Below, in pieces: positions 9,191 to 18,675 of a DNA stretch of 64,000 bases. Numbering within the stretch: the stretch's first letter is position 1; every line of letters starts with the position of its first letter. The notes under the pieces are model-generated. The model was not told where the DNA came from. It saw only the letters and a list, made by a program, of their open reading frames with translations, and did no database searches. The stretch is taken from NCBI GenBank assembly GCA_963664225.1, contig OY760937.1:2784001-2848000 (forward strand), given 5' to 3'. Source of the DNA: Verrucomicrobiia bacterium (GTDB lineage Bacteria; Verrucomicrobiota; Verrucomicrobiia; Limisphaerales; UBA1319). Position numbers and translations under genes: made by a program.

Positions 9191-9528
9191 ATTTGCGTTC
9201 CGCGCATCGTTCCTGGGGACAGGCCACGATGCATGGAAGGCAGCCTTATACATTGGAGAAACAGCCATGAGTGGGTGAACGAAGAGGATTTACGCACCCG
9301 CTACCGCCATAGATGGGCAACTGCAACACTGGAATGCAGCGCGCGCGCCGTGATGGCACGCCCGAGGAACCTGCGCTTTGCGTGGACCAGAGGTTCTGAG
9401 ACGGGCTTGCGGGCGGCGCGTTATTTGAGCGAGTGACAGGCTGCAAGAAGGTTACGGCTTTCGGGAGGTTGCGCCGCATAAGCAACCTTCCACCCTTTAG
9501 ACGCCATAACACTGTTTGGAGGTGTGGT

Positions 9529-10158
9529 ATGGCGTATCGGTGTGTGGCGGTTTCCGTGGCCGGATTCGTCCAGCAACTGGCCGTGGCTTACGTGGCCAAT
9601 GGATACTGGTTTTACGTGATGGGCCGGGTGCCGGATCCCAAAGATCCGGCCAGCCTCGACCACAAGATGGTGACGCAATACGGGATCGATGTCTCGAAGT
9701 GGACGCGGGCGCGCTGCAAGAAAACGGGTCAGGCGCGCGTGCAGTATCTTCGATACGGCCGGTTCTTTGTGGTTCTTGCAACCCACGGAGAGCATCCGTT
9801 CTTCGCCGTGGAGGGCAAGCAGGTCCGGGATCTCCGGCGGCATCCCCTCCATTTCATGGGTTATGCGATCAGTTGCCGTCAGGGACGCGATGGCAAGACC
9901 TGGCACCCCTCAGTCCGAATCGATCGCGGCTTGTGCCTCGAATTGAAGGCCCGTTTCGCTGCGCTCGCCGTGCATCGGACGGTCGAGGAGTTGTGCCGCG
10001 AACTGAGGCGGATTGATTTTGAGCCCTACGCGCCCGTCCGCGATCAACTCCGCGGCATCCTTCGGGCCGTGAACCGCCGCCGCAAAGCCGCCGGGCTGGA
10101 ACTGGTGCCCCGGGAAGCGCTCTGGCTGCGGCGAATGCCGGTCAAGCCATTCGGATAA
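9529..10158 (+). CDS. Arg-rich basic hypothetical protein
   Basis: SD GGAGGT at 9518-9523, ATG 9529; protein-like sequence (GFVQQLAVAYVANGYWFYV, QYLRYGRFFVVLATHG). Confidence 0.75.
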   Translation: MAYRCVAVSVAGFVQQLAVAYVANGYWFYVMGRVPDPKDPASLDHKMVTQYGIDVSKWTRARCKKTGQARVQYLRYGRFFVVLATHGEHPFFAVEGKQVRDLRRHPLHFMGYAISCRQGRDGKTWHPSVRIDRGLCLELKARFAALAVHRTVEELCRELRRIDFEPYAPVRDQLRGILRAVNRRRKAAGLELVPREALWLRRMPVKPFG

Positions 10159-10164
10159 CCTGTG

Positions 10165-10344
10165 CTACTGAAGATAGCCCAATTCGCGCAAAGATAGGAA
10201 ATCCCTGGAACGTTCGGTGGTGGCCTGACCTAGGATGATATGGTCCAGAACCTCGATTTTGAGCAATTGGCCCGCTCGGACCAGTTCGCAGGTGACTTTG
10301 ATGTCAGCCGCACTAGGTGTGGGGTCGCCACTGGGATGATTGTG
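10165..10344 (-). pseudogene. radC: radC 3' fragment (interrupted by RIT element)
   Basis: Reads [39 protein letters not shown]...ELGYLQ*; continues the 14301-14747 fragment. Confidence 0.9.
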
Positions 10345-10438
10345 TTATGTGAAGAGCGGATTTATGTGGAGCAGGAGGGCTAAATCGATGGGCAGAGGCT
10401 TTGGTGTCGCGGCTTCGCGGTTTCGGCGCTTCACATAA

Positions 10439-11452
10439 TTACAGCTTGGATAGCCACGATAGGAGTTCATCATCGTTCCGCCAGGAGCGTCGGCCCGTTG
10501 CCTTCGCGGGGATCAGTTTCTCCACCGACTTAAGTGTTTTGCGTTTCATCTCCAGATCAATCTCGACATAGCCGTTGGTGGTTTCGATGGAAGCGTGGCC
10601 CAGCCAGGACCGGATCATATTCAGGTCCACGTTGGACTGAAGCAGGTGCATCGCGGTGGTGTGACGCCAGGTATGAGGAGTAACCCGTCTGGTGAGCAGC
10701 GAGGGACAAGTATTCGCCGCTTCAGCGACGCGCTCGGCGATGATGTAGCGCACCCCAAAACGGGTGAGGCGGCTGCCTTCGCGGTTGACGAAAAGCGGCG
10801 TTGCCTCATCGAGACGCACGCCACGTTTTTCTAAATACGCTTTGAGAGCGGTGACGGTTTCCGTCCAGAGTGGACAGGTGCGCTCTTTCCGACCTTTGCC
10901 GTGGATGAGAACGGTGTGCGGACGGCTGAACCGCAGATGGTTCACGTCCAGATCAACGAGTTCAGACACGCGCATCCCGGTGTTGTAAAGCAAGCGCAGC
11001 AGGGCGTCATCACGCTGTCCTTGCATCGTCCGGCCATCAATGCCGGCAAAGATTTTGAGCACTTCATCCCGTTCCAAATAGTTGGCGACGTGGTATGATC
11101 GGCGTTTAAACGGCACTGCCAGGATGGTCTGGGCCTGGGCAATGTGACGCGGGTCAATGCTGGCCAGGTAATTGAAAAAAGCATGGAGGGCGGCCAGCCG
11201 GGCATTACGAGTCGGGACGCTGTTTTTGCGGATTTCCTCCAGATGTTTCATGAAGGCACGAACCGCATCGGCAGTCAGGTCTTCCAGAGTCAGGGTGGTG
11301 CAGGTTTTCCGATGTCGGCGACAAACGAACTCCAGAAAGAGCTTCATGGCATCCCGGTAGGCCAGCACGGTATGGCCGCTGAGGCCGCGCTGGGAAAGCA
11401 GGTGTTGCTCAAAGAACCCGCGCATGGGTGTTGCGATGTCAGTCTTTGTCAT
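10439..11452 (-). CDS. RIT tyrosine recombinase (RitC-type)
   Basis: YNTGMRVSEL, GKGRKER, PHTWRHTTAMHLL, WLGHASIETTNGY. Confidence 0.92.
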   Translation of the reverse strand: MTKTDIATPMRGFFEQHLLSQRGLSGHTVLAYRDAMKLFLEFVCRRHRKTCTTLTLEDLTADAVRAFMKHLEEIRKNSVPTRNARLAALHAFFNYLASIDPRHIAQAQTILAVPFKRRSYHVANYLERDEVLKIFAGIDGRTMQGQRDDALLRLLYNTGMRVSELVDLDVNHLRFSRPHTVLIHGKGRKERTCPLWTETVTALKAYLEKRGVRLDEATPLFVNREGSRLTRFGVRYIIAERVAEAANTCPSLLTRRVTPHTWRHTTAMHLLQSNVDLNMIRSWLGHASIETTNGYVEIDLEMKRKTLKSVEKLIPAKATGRRSWRNDDELLSWLSKL

Positions 11453-12425
11453 AAGTTTTCTTTCTGCGCAGCGTTGGCACCGCGAAGTGGGAATGAAACC
11501 GCGTGCCCGCACTTTCCAACAACTCTGCCGTGGCCTGAAGATAAACTTCGGTGCAGGTCACCGTGGAGTGTCCCAGATAAGTTGATAACACCGGCAGCTT
11601 GGCGGCCAGATTCGCTCCTTCCCGATACCAGGCAAGCAGACGATTGACAGCGAAGGAATGACGAAAGTCATGGATGCGCGGGCCACGTTGCCCCGGCGGC
11701 TTGCGGATGCCGAGCTTGCGGATGATTTCCAGGAAGATAGTGGTGAACCCCGCCTCTCCGTAACGCCTGCCACGGAGATTAACAAAGAGGGGTGAGTTGA
11801 CGTCCGTGGACATGCCAGCCATAGAGCGCTGATGCAGATAAACCCGGAGTTGCGTGACAGCGGAGGAGGACAAAGGAACGTTGCGAGTCTTTTTAAACTT
11901 GGTCTCGCGGATTAACAGCATGCACCGTTTGAGGTCAACGTCCGCCAGAGTCAGCTTCAATGCTTCGCCGATCCGCAAGCCGGTTGTATAGAGCAAACCA
12001 ACGAGATTGGATATGACAACCGGTCGCAGGCTCCCGAGTGGACCAATCCGCCTGGCAGCGGCCATGATTTGTTGCACTTCCTTGAGCGAGTATATATATG
12101 GCGCCGGACGGGTGCGGCGCGGCAAAAAGCTCTGGTGAACCACACAGGTTCGCGGATCGAAGTGGGCCAGGTACCGGCAGAACTGGCGCAGCACCGAGAT
12201 ATGATTAATCCGGGTGCCGATGCTCAAGTATTCCAGACTCTTGATCCGGCGCTCGGCGATTTCGCGCGTGATGGTTTCTCCGGGTTGGAGTTCGCTCAAC
12301 AGAAAGCGGTCCAGGCCAATGAGGAGTTTCTGGCTGGAGACACCTCGCCGGCCTGCCGCATTGCGTGTTTCCAAAAAACATTGGAGTCGGAAAGCCAATG
12401 GACTGCGAAAGAGGCACGTTGCCAT
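11439..12425 (-). CDS. RIT tyrosine recombinase (RitB-type)
   Basis: YTTGLRIGEAL, TKFKKTR, RIHDFRHSFAV, LSTYLGH...TEVY. Confidence 0.92.
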   Translation of the reverse strand: MATCLFRSPLAFRLQCFLETRNAAGRRGVSSQKLLIGLDRFLLSELQPGETITREIAERRIKSLEYLSIGTRINHISVLRQFCRYLAHFDPRTCVVHQSFLPRRTRPAPYIYSLKEVQQIMAAARRIGPLGSLRPVVISNLVGLLYTTGLRIGEALKLTLADVDLKRCMLLIRETKFKKTRNVPLSSSAVTQLRVYLHQRSMAGMSTDVNSPLFVNLRGRRYGEAGFTTIFLEIIRKLGIRKPPGQRGPRIHDFRHSFAVNRLLAWYREGANLAAKLPVLSTYLGHSTVTCTEVYLQATAELLESAGTRFHSHFAVPTLRRKKTYDKD

Positions 12426-12428
12426 ATG

Positions 12429-13685
12429 TTATCCTTTCTCTGGCCAGGGCATGGCCGCTTCGCGCAGGGTCTTCAAATCCGCCTTCGCATAGATGAACGT
12501 AGTGTCGATGTAACGATGGCCCAGCACGTCGGCGATGGCTTTGATCGGTGAGTCGTTCGCCAAGGCGCGAATAGCCCAGGAATGACGGAGTGTTCTGGAG
12601 CCGCCGCCAGCCATGGTGACGCCGGCCTTGCGCATGTATTCTCGTACGAGATGGGAGATAACCAGACTGTTGAGCGGGCGAACTGGCGCTTTGACCGTGA
12701 GGAAGACTTCCCGGAACGGTGTTTTGTCAACTCGGTGGCGGAGATAACCGATGAGAGCGTCCCCCACGGTGTCCATCAGCGGCAGGACCACCTCCTTGCC
12801 GCCTTTTTGGGCGCGAATGCGGATTTGAGAACGCTGCCAATCCATGTCGTCCAGCAATAGTTCGGCGACCGAGACACCCCGCAGGCCATAAGCCATCATC
12901 AGAACCATGATCGCGTAATCCCTCGCGCCGTTCGGCGTGTTTTTGTCAATCGCGCCCAGCATCCGTTCCAAAGCCGAGTCTTCCATCCCTTTGGGCAGCG
13001 AAGCATGGCGATAACGCCGGACAGGAGGAATCAAGCCCGAAAAATCGATGCGCGTGTGCTGGTGTGCGGCGCAGTATCGAAAAAACCTGCGGAGAGCCCC
13101 GGCCAAAGCAGAGAGATTTTCCGGGCTGTCTTTAAGGTGTTGCTTCACGTAGCCCTCGACCGCCTCAGCCGACAAGGTTTTGAAGTGCTTGGGACCGGCT
13201 TTCTGCCGCAGGGTTTCCAGGAATGAACCGACCTGCGCACGGGCTCTCTGCATCGTGACCTTGGAAAACTCGCACTCCTCCTGGAGATGTTGGAGATAGG
13301 GATCAAGCAGCCAACGGTAGGGTGTTTTTACTGGTTTTGGCTTGGACGGCTGAAGGACTTTGATTTGAATCAGATAATCCCATAAGCGGTTCAGTGCGTT
13401 CCGGGCGGTATAGCGTGGCGAATACAGGCAAGCCGTTCGGCTTTGCACCAAATAGAGCTCAAGAAAAGAATCCCGGGCTGTCTCTGTGATTTTGCTGGCC
13501 TGCATAATCCTGCTTTCAATCAGGAAAGCATTGAACTGGCAGCATTTTCCTAAAATCCCCGTGACCGAATCGGCGGCATATCCGCGCTCCTTGAGGTGGG
13601 CGGCAAAGCGGTCGAAATAAGGGCCAATGGGGCCGCGTCGGAAATCGACGAGGGTTCGTTTTTCTCTGTACCAGAATTCGAGCAT
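12429..13685 (-). CDS. RIT tyrosine recombinase (RitA-type)
   Basis: RDYAIMVLMMAYGLRG, QKGG, TLRHSWA, VLGHRYIDTTFIYAKAD, C-terminal PWP. Confidence 0.9.
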   Translation of the reverse strand: MLEFWYREKRTLVDFRRGPIGPYFDRFAAHLKERGYAADSVTGILGKCCQFNAFLIESRIMQASKITETARDSFLELYLVQSRTACLYSPRYTARNALNRLWDYLIQIKVLQPSKPKPVKTPYRWLLDPYLQHLQEECEFSKVTMQRARAQVGSFLETLRQKAGPKHFKTLSAEAVEGYVKQHLKDSPENLSALAGALRRFFRYCAAHQHTRIDFSGLIPPVRRYRHASLPKGMEDSALERMLGAIDKNTPNGARDYAIMVLMMAYGLRGVSVAELLLDDMDWQRSQIRIRAQKGGKEVVLPLMDTVGDALIGYLRHRVDKTPFREVFLTVKAPVRPLNSLVISHLVREYMRKAGVTMAGGGSRTLRHSWAIRALANDSPIKAIADVLGHRYIDTTFIYAKADLKTLREAAMPWPEKG

Positions 13686-13808
13686 AAAATTGACGGTGTT
13701 TTTTGGTTGAAACCGGCGGAGCAAAGGTGAACGATTACCAGTTTAGAGTTGGAGTTTTCAAGATTGCTGCGATCACGCGGTTTTTGCCTATGCACATTCC
13801 CACTTCAT

Positions 13809-13844
13809 AAAAAAAACCGCAGTGCTGTAAAAAGCACTGCGGTT
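13809..13844 (-). terminator. intrinsic terminator downstream of the symE-like gene
   Basis: Hairpin AACCGCAGTGCT-GTAAAA-AGCACTGCGGTT followed by a T-run on the minus strand. Confidence 0.7.
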
Positions 13845-13861
13845 ATGTGAAGCGGACCATT

Positions 13862-14131
13862 TCAAAACGAACAGTCGGGCTGCCGTTGTGGGGACTGCTT
13901 CGCCGCATCGACAATCGAGGCATCGGGGGAGCGCAATTCAATAACGCCAGGAGCAATACAGGTGACGTGAACACGATTGCCGGGATTGAACCCCGCTTGT
14001 TCAAGCCATCGTCCCATGAGCCGAATTTTTGGTTTGATGAGGCCCTTCCAAGGGTCGCCATCGGCCTCAATCTTCAACGTGCGAACAGTCGGGTTCGCCT
14101 CAGTCGGTTGGTGCGATTTGTTTTCAAGCAT
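13862..14131 (-). CDS. SymE-family (AbrB-fold) toxin-like protein, passenger in RIT
   Basis: PKIRLMGRWLEQAGFNPGNRVHVTC matches the SymE pattern (L.G.WLE.AGF..G..V.V); SD GAGGGG. Confidence 0.7.
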   Translation of the reverse strand: MLENKSHQPTEANPTVRTLKIEADGDPWKGLIKPKIRLMGRWLEQAGFNPGNRVHVTCIAPGVIELRSPDASIVDAAKQSPQRQPDCSF

Positions 14132-14300
14132 GACGACCCCCTCGCGGCGAAATCCGCATGGACCCCAATACCACATGCGTCCATGGAAGTACAGCCATCC
14201 CTCTCGACTGCGCCGCAGCACGAATTAGCATCCCGACCGCGCCGTCACTGCACATAAATCCGCACTGCACATAACATAATTTATGTGCTGCGACACATAA

Positions 14301-14747
14301 GTTGTGCGCGAGAATGATGGCCGCCGCCCGATGGGCTATGGCCGTGCCAAAAACTTCGCGCGGATGGACCAGAATGGTGTCCAAGGTGCCCTGGGAGATG
14401 GTTTGCACCGCAATCAGTCGCCGACGGGAGTTCACCAGGATCGTCTGGAAAACCTCAACGGTGTAAAGCCGGTTTCGCTCACGCAACAGGTCCGCCACAC
14501 GTTCCGGGGCGTCCAGCATGGGCGGCTCGATAATGGTCTCGTGGCTGAGGCGCTGGGCGAGAAGGAAGGCCGATTTGATGGCTGCAGCGCGTGATTTGCC
14601 GACCCCTTTGATTTGCTGGAGTTCGTTGAGCGAGACCTGCGCCAGCTTGGTCAGCCCTCCGTATTCTTCCATCAGCATTGTCGCGGCCGATTTGCCGGTC
14701 AGCGTGGAAAGCAGGTCAACATTACTGGCATGCTCGAAATGTTCCAT
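14301..14747 (-). pseudogene. radC: radC 5' fragment (HhH plus start of JAB domain), interrupted by RIT
   Basis: ELQQIKGVGKSRAAAIK, GTLDTILVHPREVF, AAIILAHN, then RIT end sequence. Confidence 0.9.
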
Positions 14748-15029
14748 GGATTGATCCCTCCCTTCGATGGGACGAATCTTACCACTGTTTGAATCCTTAA
14801 GGAACAATTTGGAGGCTGTGTTCTATTGCAATGACCGTGCCATGGATTGGCCGGAAACGACGTGTTACATGTTACACCGAAGTGGAGGTCCGAAGACCGG
14901 CGGCATCGGGGCGAGGAGGCCCGGGCGCACGCCCCTTGGATCGCGGGCCTCGAAGCCGAGCGTAGCGAGGGGCACCCTGGGCCGCCGCAGTTGAGGGCCG
15001 GAACGATAGGCCACGAACTGGCCGATCTA

Positions 15030-15790
15030 GTGTTCCTCGTCTTCAAAACGATTTTCAACGGCGAGACATCAGCCAGCCCAGCCAGCGCCGCCAATGGGGA
15101 GACCGCCGAAAGGCATTGATGAGCGCGGAGGAGGAGCGAGAGTTTCTGGCACCTTGGGAGGAGAGGGTCAAAAGCGGGGGGCTATTGGTGCTTTCGCCTA
15201 TTCGGGCCGCGCTGGCGCAACGCCTGGGGCGTCCCGTGGCGGAATCGGTGGTGTATCGTTTTCTGGCGCGGCATGGCTGGCGCAAGGTTGCGCCCGACAT
15301 ACGCCACCCCAAAAGCGATCTCCGCGTTCAGGAGGAATGGAAAAAAGCTCCCGGAAGCGCTGGCATCCTTGCTGACTCTTGAAACAGTGCGAAGGCGCAA
15401 GGTCCGAATCATGTTTCAAGACGAGGCTCTGTTTGGCCGAATGGTTCGGATTCGCCGCTGCTGGTCGCCCTCTCCGTTGCGGCCGAAGGTCGACAACGGA
15501 TATGATCGTCAATTTGTCTATGTTTACGGGGAGGTCAGCCCGCTGGAAGGGCAATTGGATTGGATGATTTGCAAAGAGATGAATACCGAGCGCATGAGCG
15601 AATTTCTGCGGCAAGTCAGTCAAGGTCATGAAAATGAGTATATCGTTATGGTTCTCGATGGCGCCAGTTCTCATAAATCAAAAGAGTTGGCGATATCTGA
15701 AAACATGTATTTTCACCGGCTGCCCGCTTATTCCCCAGAACTCAACCCCCAGGAACATGTCTGGGATGAGCTTCGAGAGAAGGAGTGTAT
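15030..15790 (+). mobile_element. IS630-family transposase remnant (orfA/orfB with A-run frameshift; truncated at both ends)
   Basis: Winged HTH SVVYRFLARHGWRKVAPD..HPK; TGGAAAAAAGC slip site ~15338; MFQDEA, VLDGASSH, LPAYSPELNPQEHVWDELREK, then diverges. Confidence 0.8.
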
Positions 15791-16199
15791 TGAATCGCAT
15801 TTGTCCGTTTCGTTGGTGTGAGTTATTGCACGGCGCGGAGCAGGCGCAGTATCCGCCTTCGAAGGCTGGTTTCGAATTCTTCGGCCTGCCCAATGTCAAG
15901 CCGAGCCTGCGCGGCGCAGGCATTTTGAGCAATGAGCGCAACGAACCACTTGGTTGTTTTTTTGGGAACACATTTTGCGGGTGGTTTTTTCTCATCTCGC
16001 TTTTGAAGTTCCTCACCTTTCCACCGTCCCATTCATAAGGCCATAAGGCCACATCCGATTGGCGCTATTCGACCACGCTGGCCAATATTGGCCTTCATAA
16101 TTAAATCAAATCAATGGCACGCAAAACAACAAACTGTTTGGCATGAATAGGTTATGTACTTTTTCAAAATTCTGGAATGAACCCTGCTACGGACGCAGC

Positions 16200-17069
16200 A
16201 TGGTTCGAGTCATTGGTTTAATGCTGATCGTTATTGGCCTATCCACAGCCCGCCTGCTGTCGGCCCAGCCTCTCATTGGCCACGACGTTCCCTTTGAATT
16301 CCGTGATGGATTGCTTTGGGTGCGCGTTCAATTGACGAATCCCTCCCGAACCTTACATTTTCTTCTCGATACAGGAGCCACAGTCAGCGCGGTGGATGAA
16401 GGTGTGGCAAGGCAGCTTGGATTAGGGTTTGGGGAACGGATCAAGGTGCAAGGCGTGAAGTCCGAAACCGAGGGTTACTGGCCAACAAAGTTGACGGCCA
16501 AGCTGGGAGATTATCCTTTGCCAGAGAAACTCCTGGCGGTCGATCTGAGAACGTTAGGTTCGGCCTGTTGTCAACCGGTTGACGGCCTGTTAGGGGCTGA
16601 TTTTCTAAAGGATAAAGTCGTCCAAATCGATTTCAAGGCCAGCCAGCTGCGGTTTGGAAAAAGTGCCGTTCAAGTGATTCCAAACCCCGATACACTACCA
16701 TTAAAAAACCGGGCTGGTAAGCTGCTGGTGCCGATTAGCGTCAATAGCGGAAAAACTCAATGGGTTCGCATGGATACAGGATGCGCATCCAGCCTGCATT
16801 GGGTTGTTGGAAAGGATATTCCAACCGCCCGGAATGAAAAGGTTTCGGTCGGTCTGGCGCCCCTTTGCATTCCATGGGAGACGACCTCGGTTCGTTTGGG
16901 ACGCACGGATTTTCAGCACGTCCCCACGGGACTGCATCGGGGCAGAATATTCAACGGTGAGGATGGTCTGCTTGGAAATGGCCTGCTGGCCCAATTCGAC
17001 CGGGTGACCATCGATGTCCCAGGCAGGAAACTGGTCTTGGAGAAGATCAAATCTATTACCGAGCACTGA
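16200..17069 (+). CDS. secreted retropepsin-like aspartyl protease (two domains)
   Basis: Signal peptide; FLLDTGA...DGLLGADFL and RMDTGCA...DGLLGNGLL. Confidence 0.8.
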   Translation: MVRVIGLMLIVIGLSTARLLSAQPLIGHDVPFEFRDGLLWVRVQLTNPSRTLHFLLDTGATVSAVDEGVARQLGLGFGERIKVQGVKSETEGYWPTKLTAKLGDYPLPEKLLAVDLRTLGSACCQPVDGLLGADFLKDKVVQIDFKASQLRFGKSAVQVIPNPDTLPLKNRAGKLLVPISVNSGKTQWVRMDTGCASSLHWVVGKDIPTARNEKVSVGLAPLCIPWETTSVRLGRTDFQHVPTGLHRGRIFNGEDGLLGNGLLAQFDRVTIDVPGRKLVLEKIKSITEH

Positions 17070-17350
17070 AGCGCAACCGGTTCTTCTCTATCGAATCCCT
17101 TGACGCAGGTTGAGCGGAACGCAAACGCTCACACGATTGTCGGGCGGTTTGAGCAACCGCATCCGACACTCTGGTTTCCAAGGGTTTACCTTTTCAGTCA
17201 ACGCATCCCACTCGATTGCCCGGAATTGGGTGATTTATTCCAGGCGATGACATTTATCATTTTTTCTGAGGGATTGTGTCTTGTGCGGGGTATTAAGAGC
17301 AAAGAATAAAACACGAACCGGTAAAAACACCCGATTCGCAGAAAGGAAAA

Positions 17351-17710
17351 ATGAACACCAATAAAACATTCAATGGAATCATGGCCTTGATCGCAGCTCT
17401 AACCGTCGCTCAATCCGTGAGTGGGGCGGATGTCTTGCTCACTCCTAGCGCAGCATCCCGCCAGACCCATCAGGTCTCTGGCATTGCAAATGATCGGGAT
17501 TTCGTTCATAGCACAGCACAGAGCACCTTCCAATCGCCTCGGGGATTGGCCAACCAGACACGGGTAGTACCTGCGCCATCGACCAAGGATAAGGATTTTG
17601 TTCATAATCAAAGCCCTTTGCGTCCCGGTAAGGATCCACTTCGTGAACAATACACCCGTTATTTGAAATCGACCGGAAAGGACGCTTATCAACTGGCGCC
17701 GATTAAATAA
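17351..17710 (+). CDS. secreted hypothetical protein with two internal repeats
   Basis: Signal peptide; repeats ending DRDFVH / DKDFVH; SD GAAAGGA. Confidence 0.7.
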   Translation: MNTNKTFNGIMALIAALTVAQSVSGADVLLTPSAASRQTHQVSGIANDRDFVHSTAQSTFQSPRGLANQTRVVPAPSTKDKDFVHNQSPLRPGKDPLREQYTRYLKSTGKDAYQLAPIK

Positions 17711-17830
17711 GGAAAATTGAAAAATGATGGTGAAAAAGTGTATTGCGCTGGTTTCCGAAATTCGGCCTCATCAAGAAGGATGGAGGGCTAAAAAGGCCCT
17801 CCAAAACGGAAGCAACGCAGTTTGGAAAAT

Positions 17831-18439
17831 ATGAAACTAATAATGAAAAAATATCAGATTCTTCTGCTCGCTTCGTTTGCACTCGCGGCTGTTCCTGCCG
17901 GCCTAGCTCAAAGCTGCTGCGGGGGTTCGATGGCTGCTTGTCCCATGACTGGCGCTCAGATGGGGAGCAACACCACGGTGCAGGCTCGCACCGGCGTGCT
18001 CCTGTCAGCGCCAGCCGGCGTGGCTAAAGCGGTATTGGGCGATTACATCGCGATACAGGCTGCCCTGGCAAAGGATTCCCTCAGTGGCATTTCCGAGAGT
18101 GCGAATGCGTTGGCAAAAGCTGTTCAGGATGATCAAACAAAGTCCTTTCCAGCGCAAATCTCCAAACAGGCGGAAGCCTTGTCCCAAGCCACGAATTTAG
18201 CGGCTGCCCGCGAGACATTCAAATTATTGAGCCAGTCTCTCATCGAATACGTCAATACACGGAAGATGACAACGGGAACCTATTACGAGGTTTATTGTCC
18301 TATGGCCAAGGCCAAATGGCTGCAAACCGAAAAAACCGTCACCAATCCTTACATGGGCCAGGCAATGCTCGAGTGCGGGCAATTGGTGCAGGTGATCAAT
18401 GGTGCGGACGTCCCTCACACAGGGCATGCCGGCCATTAA
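17831..18439 (+). CDS. DUF3347-like periplasmic heavy-metal-binding protein
   Basis: YIAIQAALAKD, ARETFKLLS, YCPMAKAKWLQ...NPYMGQAMLECG; N-terminal CC, C-terminal His. Confidence 0.8.
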   Translation: MKLIMKKYQILLLASFALAAVPAGLAQSCCGGSMAACPMTGAQMGSNTTVQARTGVLLSAPAGVAKAVLGDYIAIQAALAKDSLSGISESANALAKAVQDDQTKSFPAQISKQAEALSQATNLAAARETFKLLSQSLIEYVNTRKMTTGTYYEVYCPMAKAKWLQTEKTVTNPYMGQAMLECGQLVQVINGADVPHTGHAGH

Positions 18440-18675
18440 CACGAACACGAACGACGATGAACGCGAAATTCAACGGTTCCTTGCTACTGCTGGAACGACA
18501 CGCCCATGCCACGAACACCGGTCCTCCCGAGCGTGTCGCGGGAAGACCCCCGGTGGCGCAAGCCACAGTATCTACTCCACAAATACACCAACATACTCAT
18601 CTTGCTGACAACCAGGTTTCAGGAAGATTACCCGCCGGATCCTCAACTGAATTGCTTGAAGCATTATACTAAAGT

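Larger units (their letters stand above)
10345..14300 (-). mobile_element. RIT (recombinase-in-trio) element inserted in radC
   Basis: Three adjacent tyrosine recombinases; terminal IRs 10345-10368 TTATGTGAAGAGCGGATTTATGTG and 14251-14274 (2 mismatches); internal 12-bp IR 10427-10438/13843-13854; TTGTG flanks both ends. Confidence 0.9.

Noticed and set aside
7933..9297. ORFs 7933-8559, 8758-9297 and overlapping ones as real genes
   Set aside because: No SD or domain, Arg/Pro/Ser-rich shadow composition; the pairing pattern explains the sequence better
14124..14807. Intact 227-aa RadC as given in the ORF track
   Set aside because: Sequence after AHN is read-through into the RIT end; the true C-terminus is at 10165-10344
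14880..15025. Possible oriT or ssDNA signal (GC-rich, CGAGCGTAGCGAGG) upstream of radC
   Set aside because: No nic consensus or clear inverted repeat could be established; region is disrupted by the IS630 remnant
15823..16032. 69-aa minus-strand ORF as an integrase fragment
   Set aside because: No catalytic or family motif recognisable
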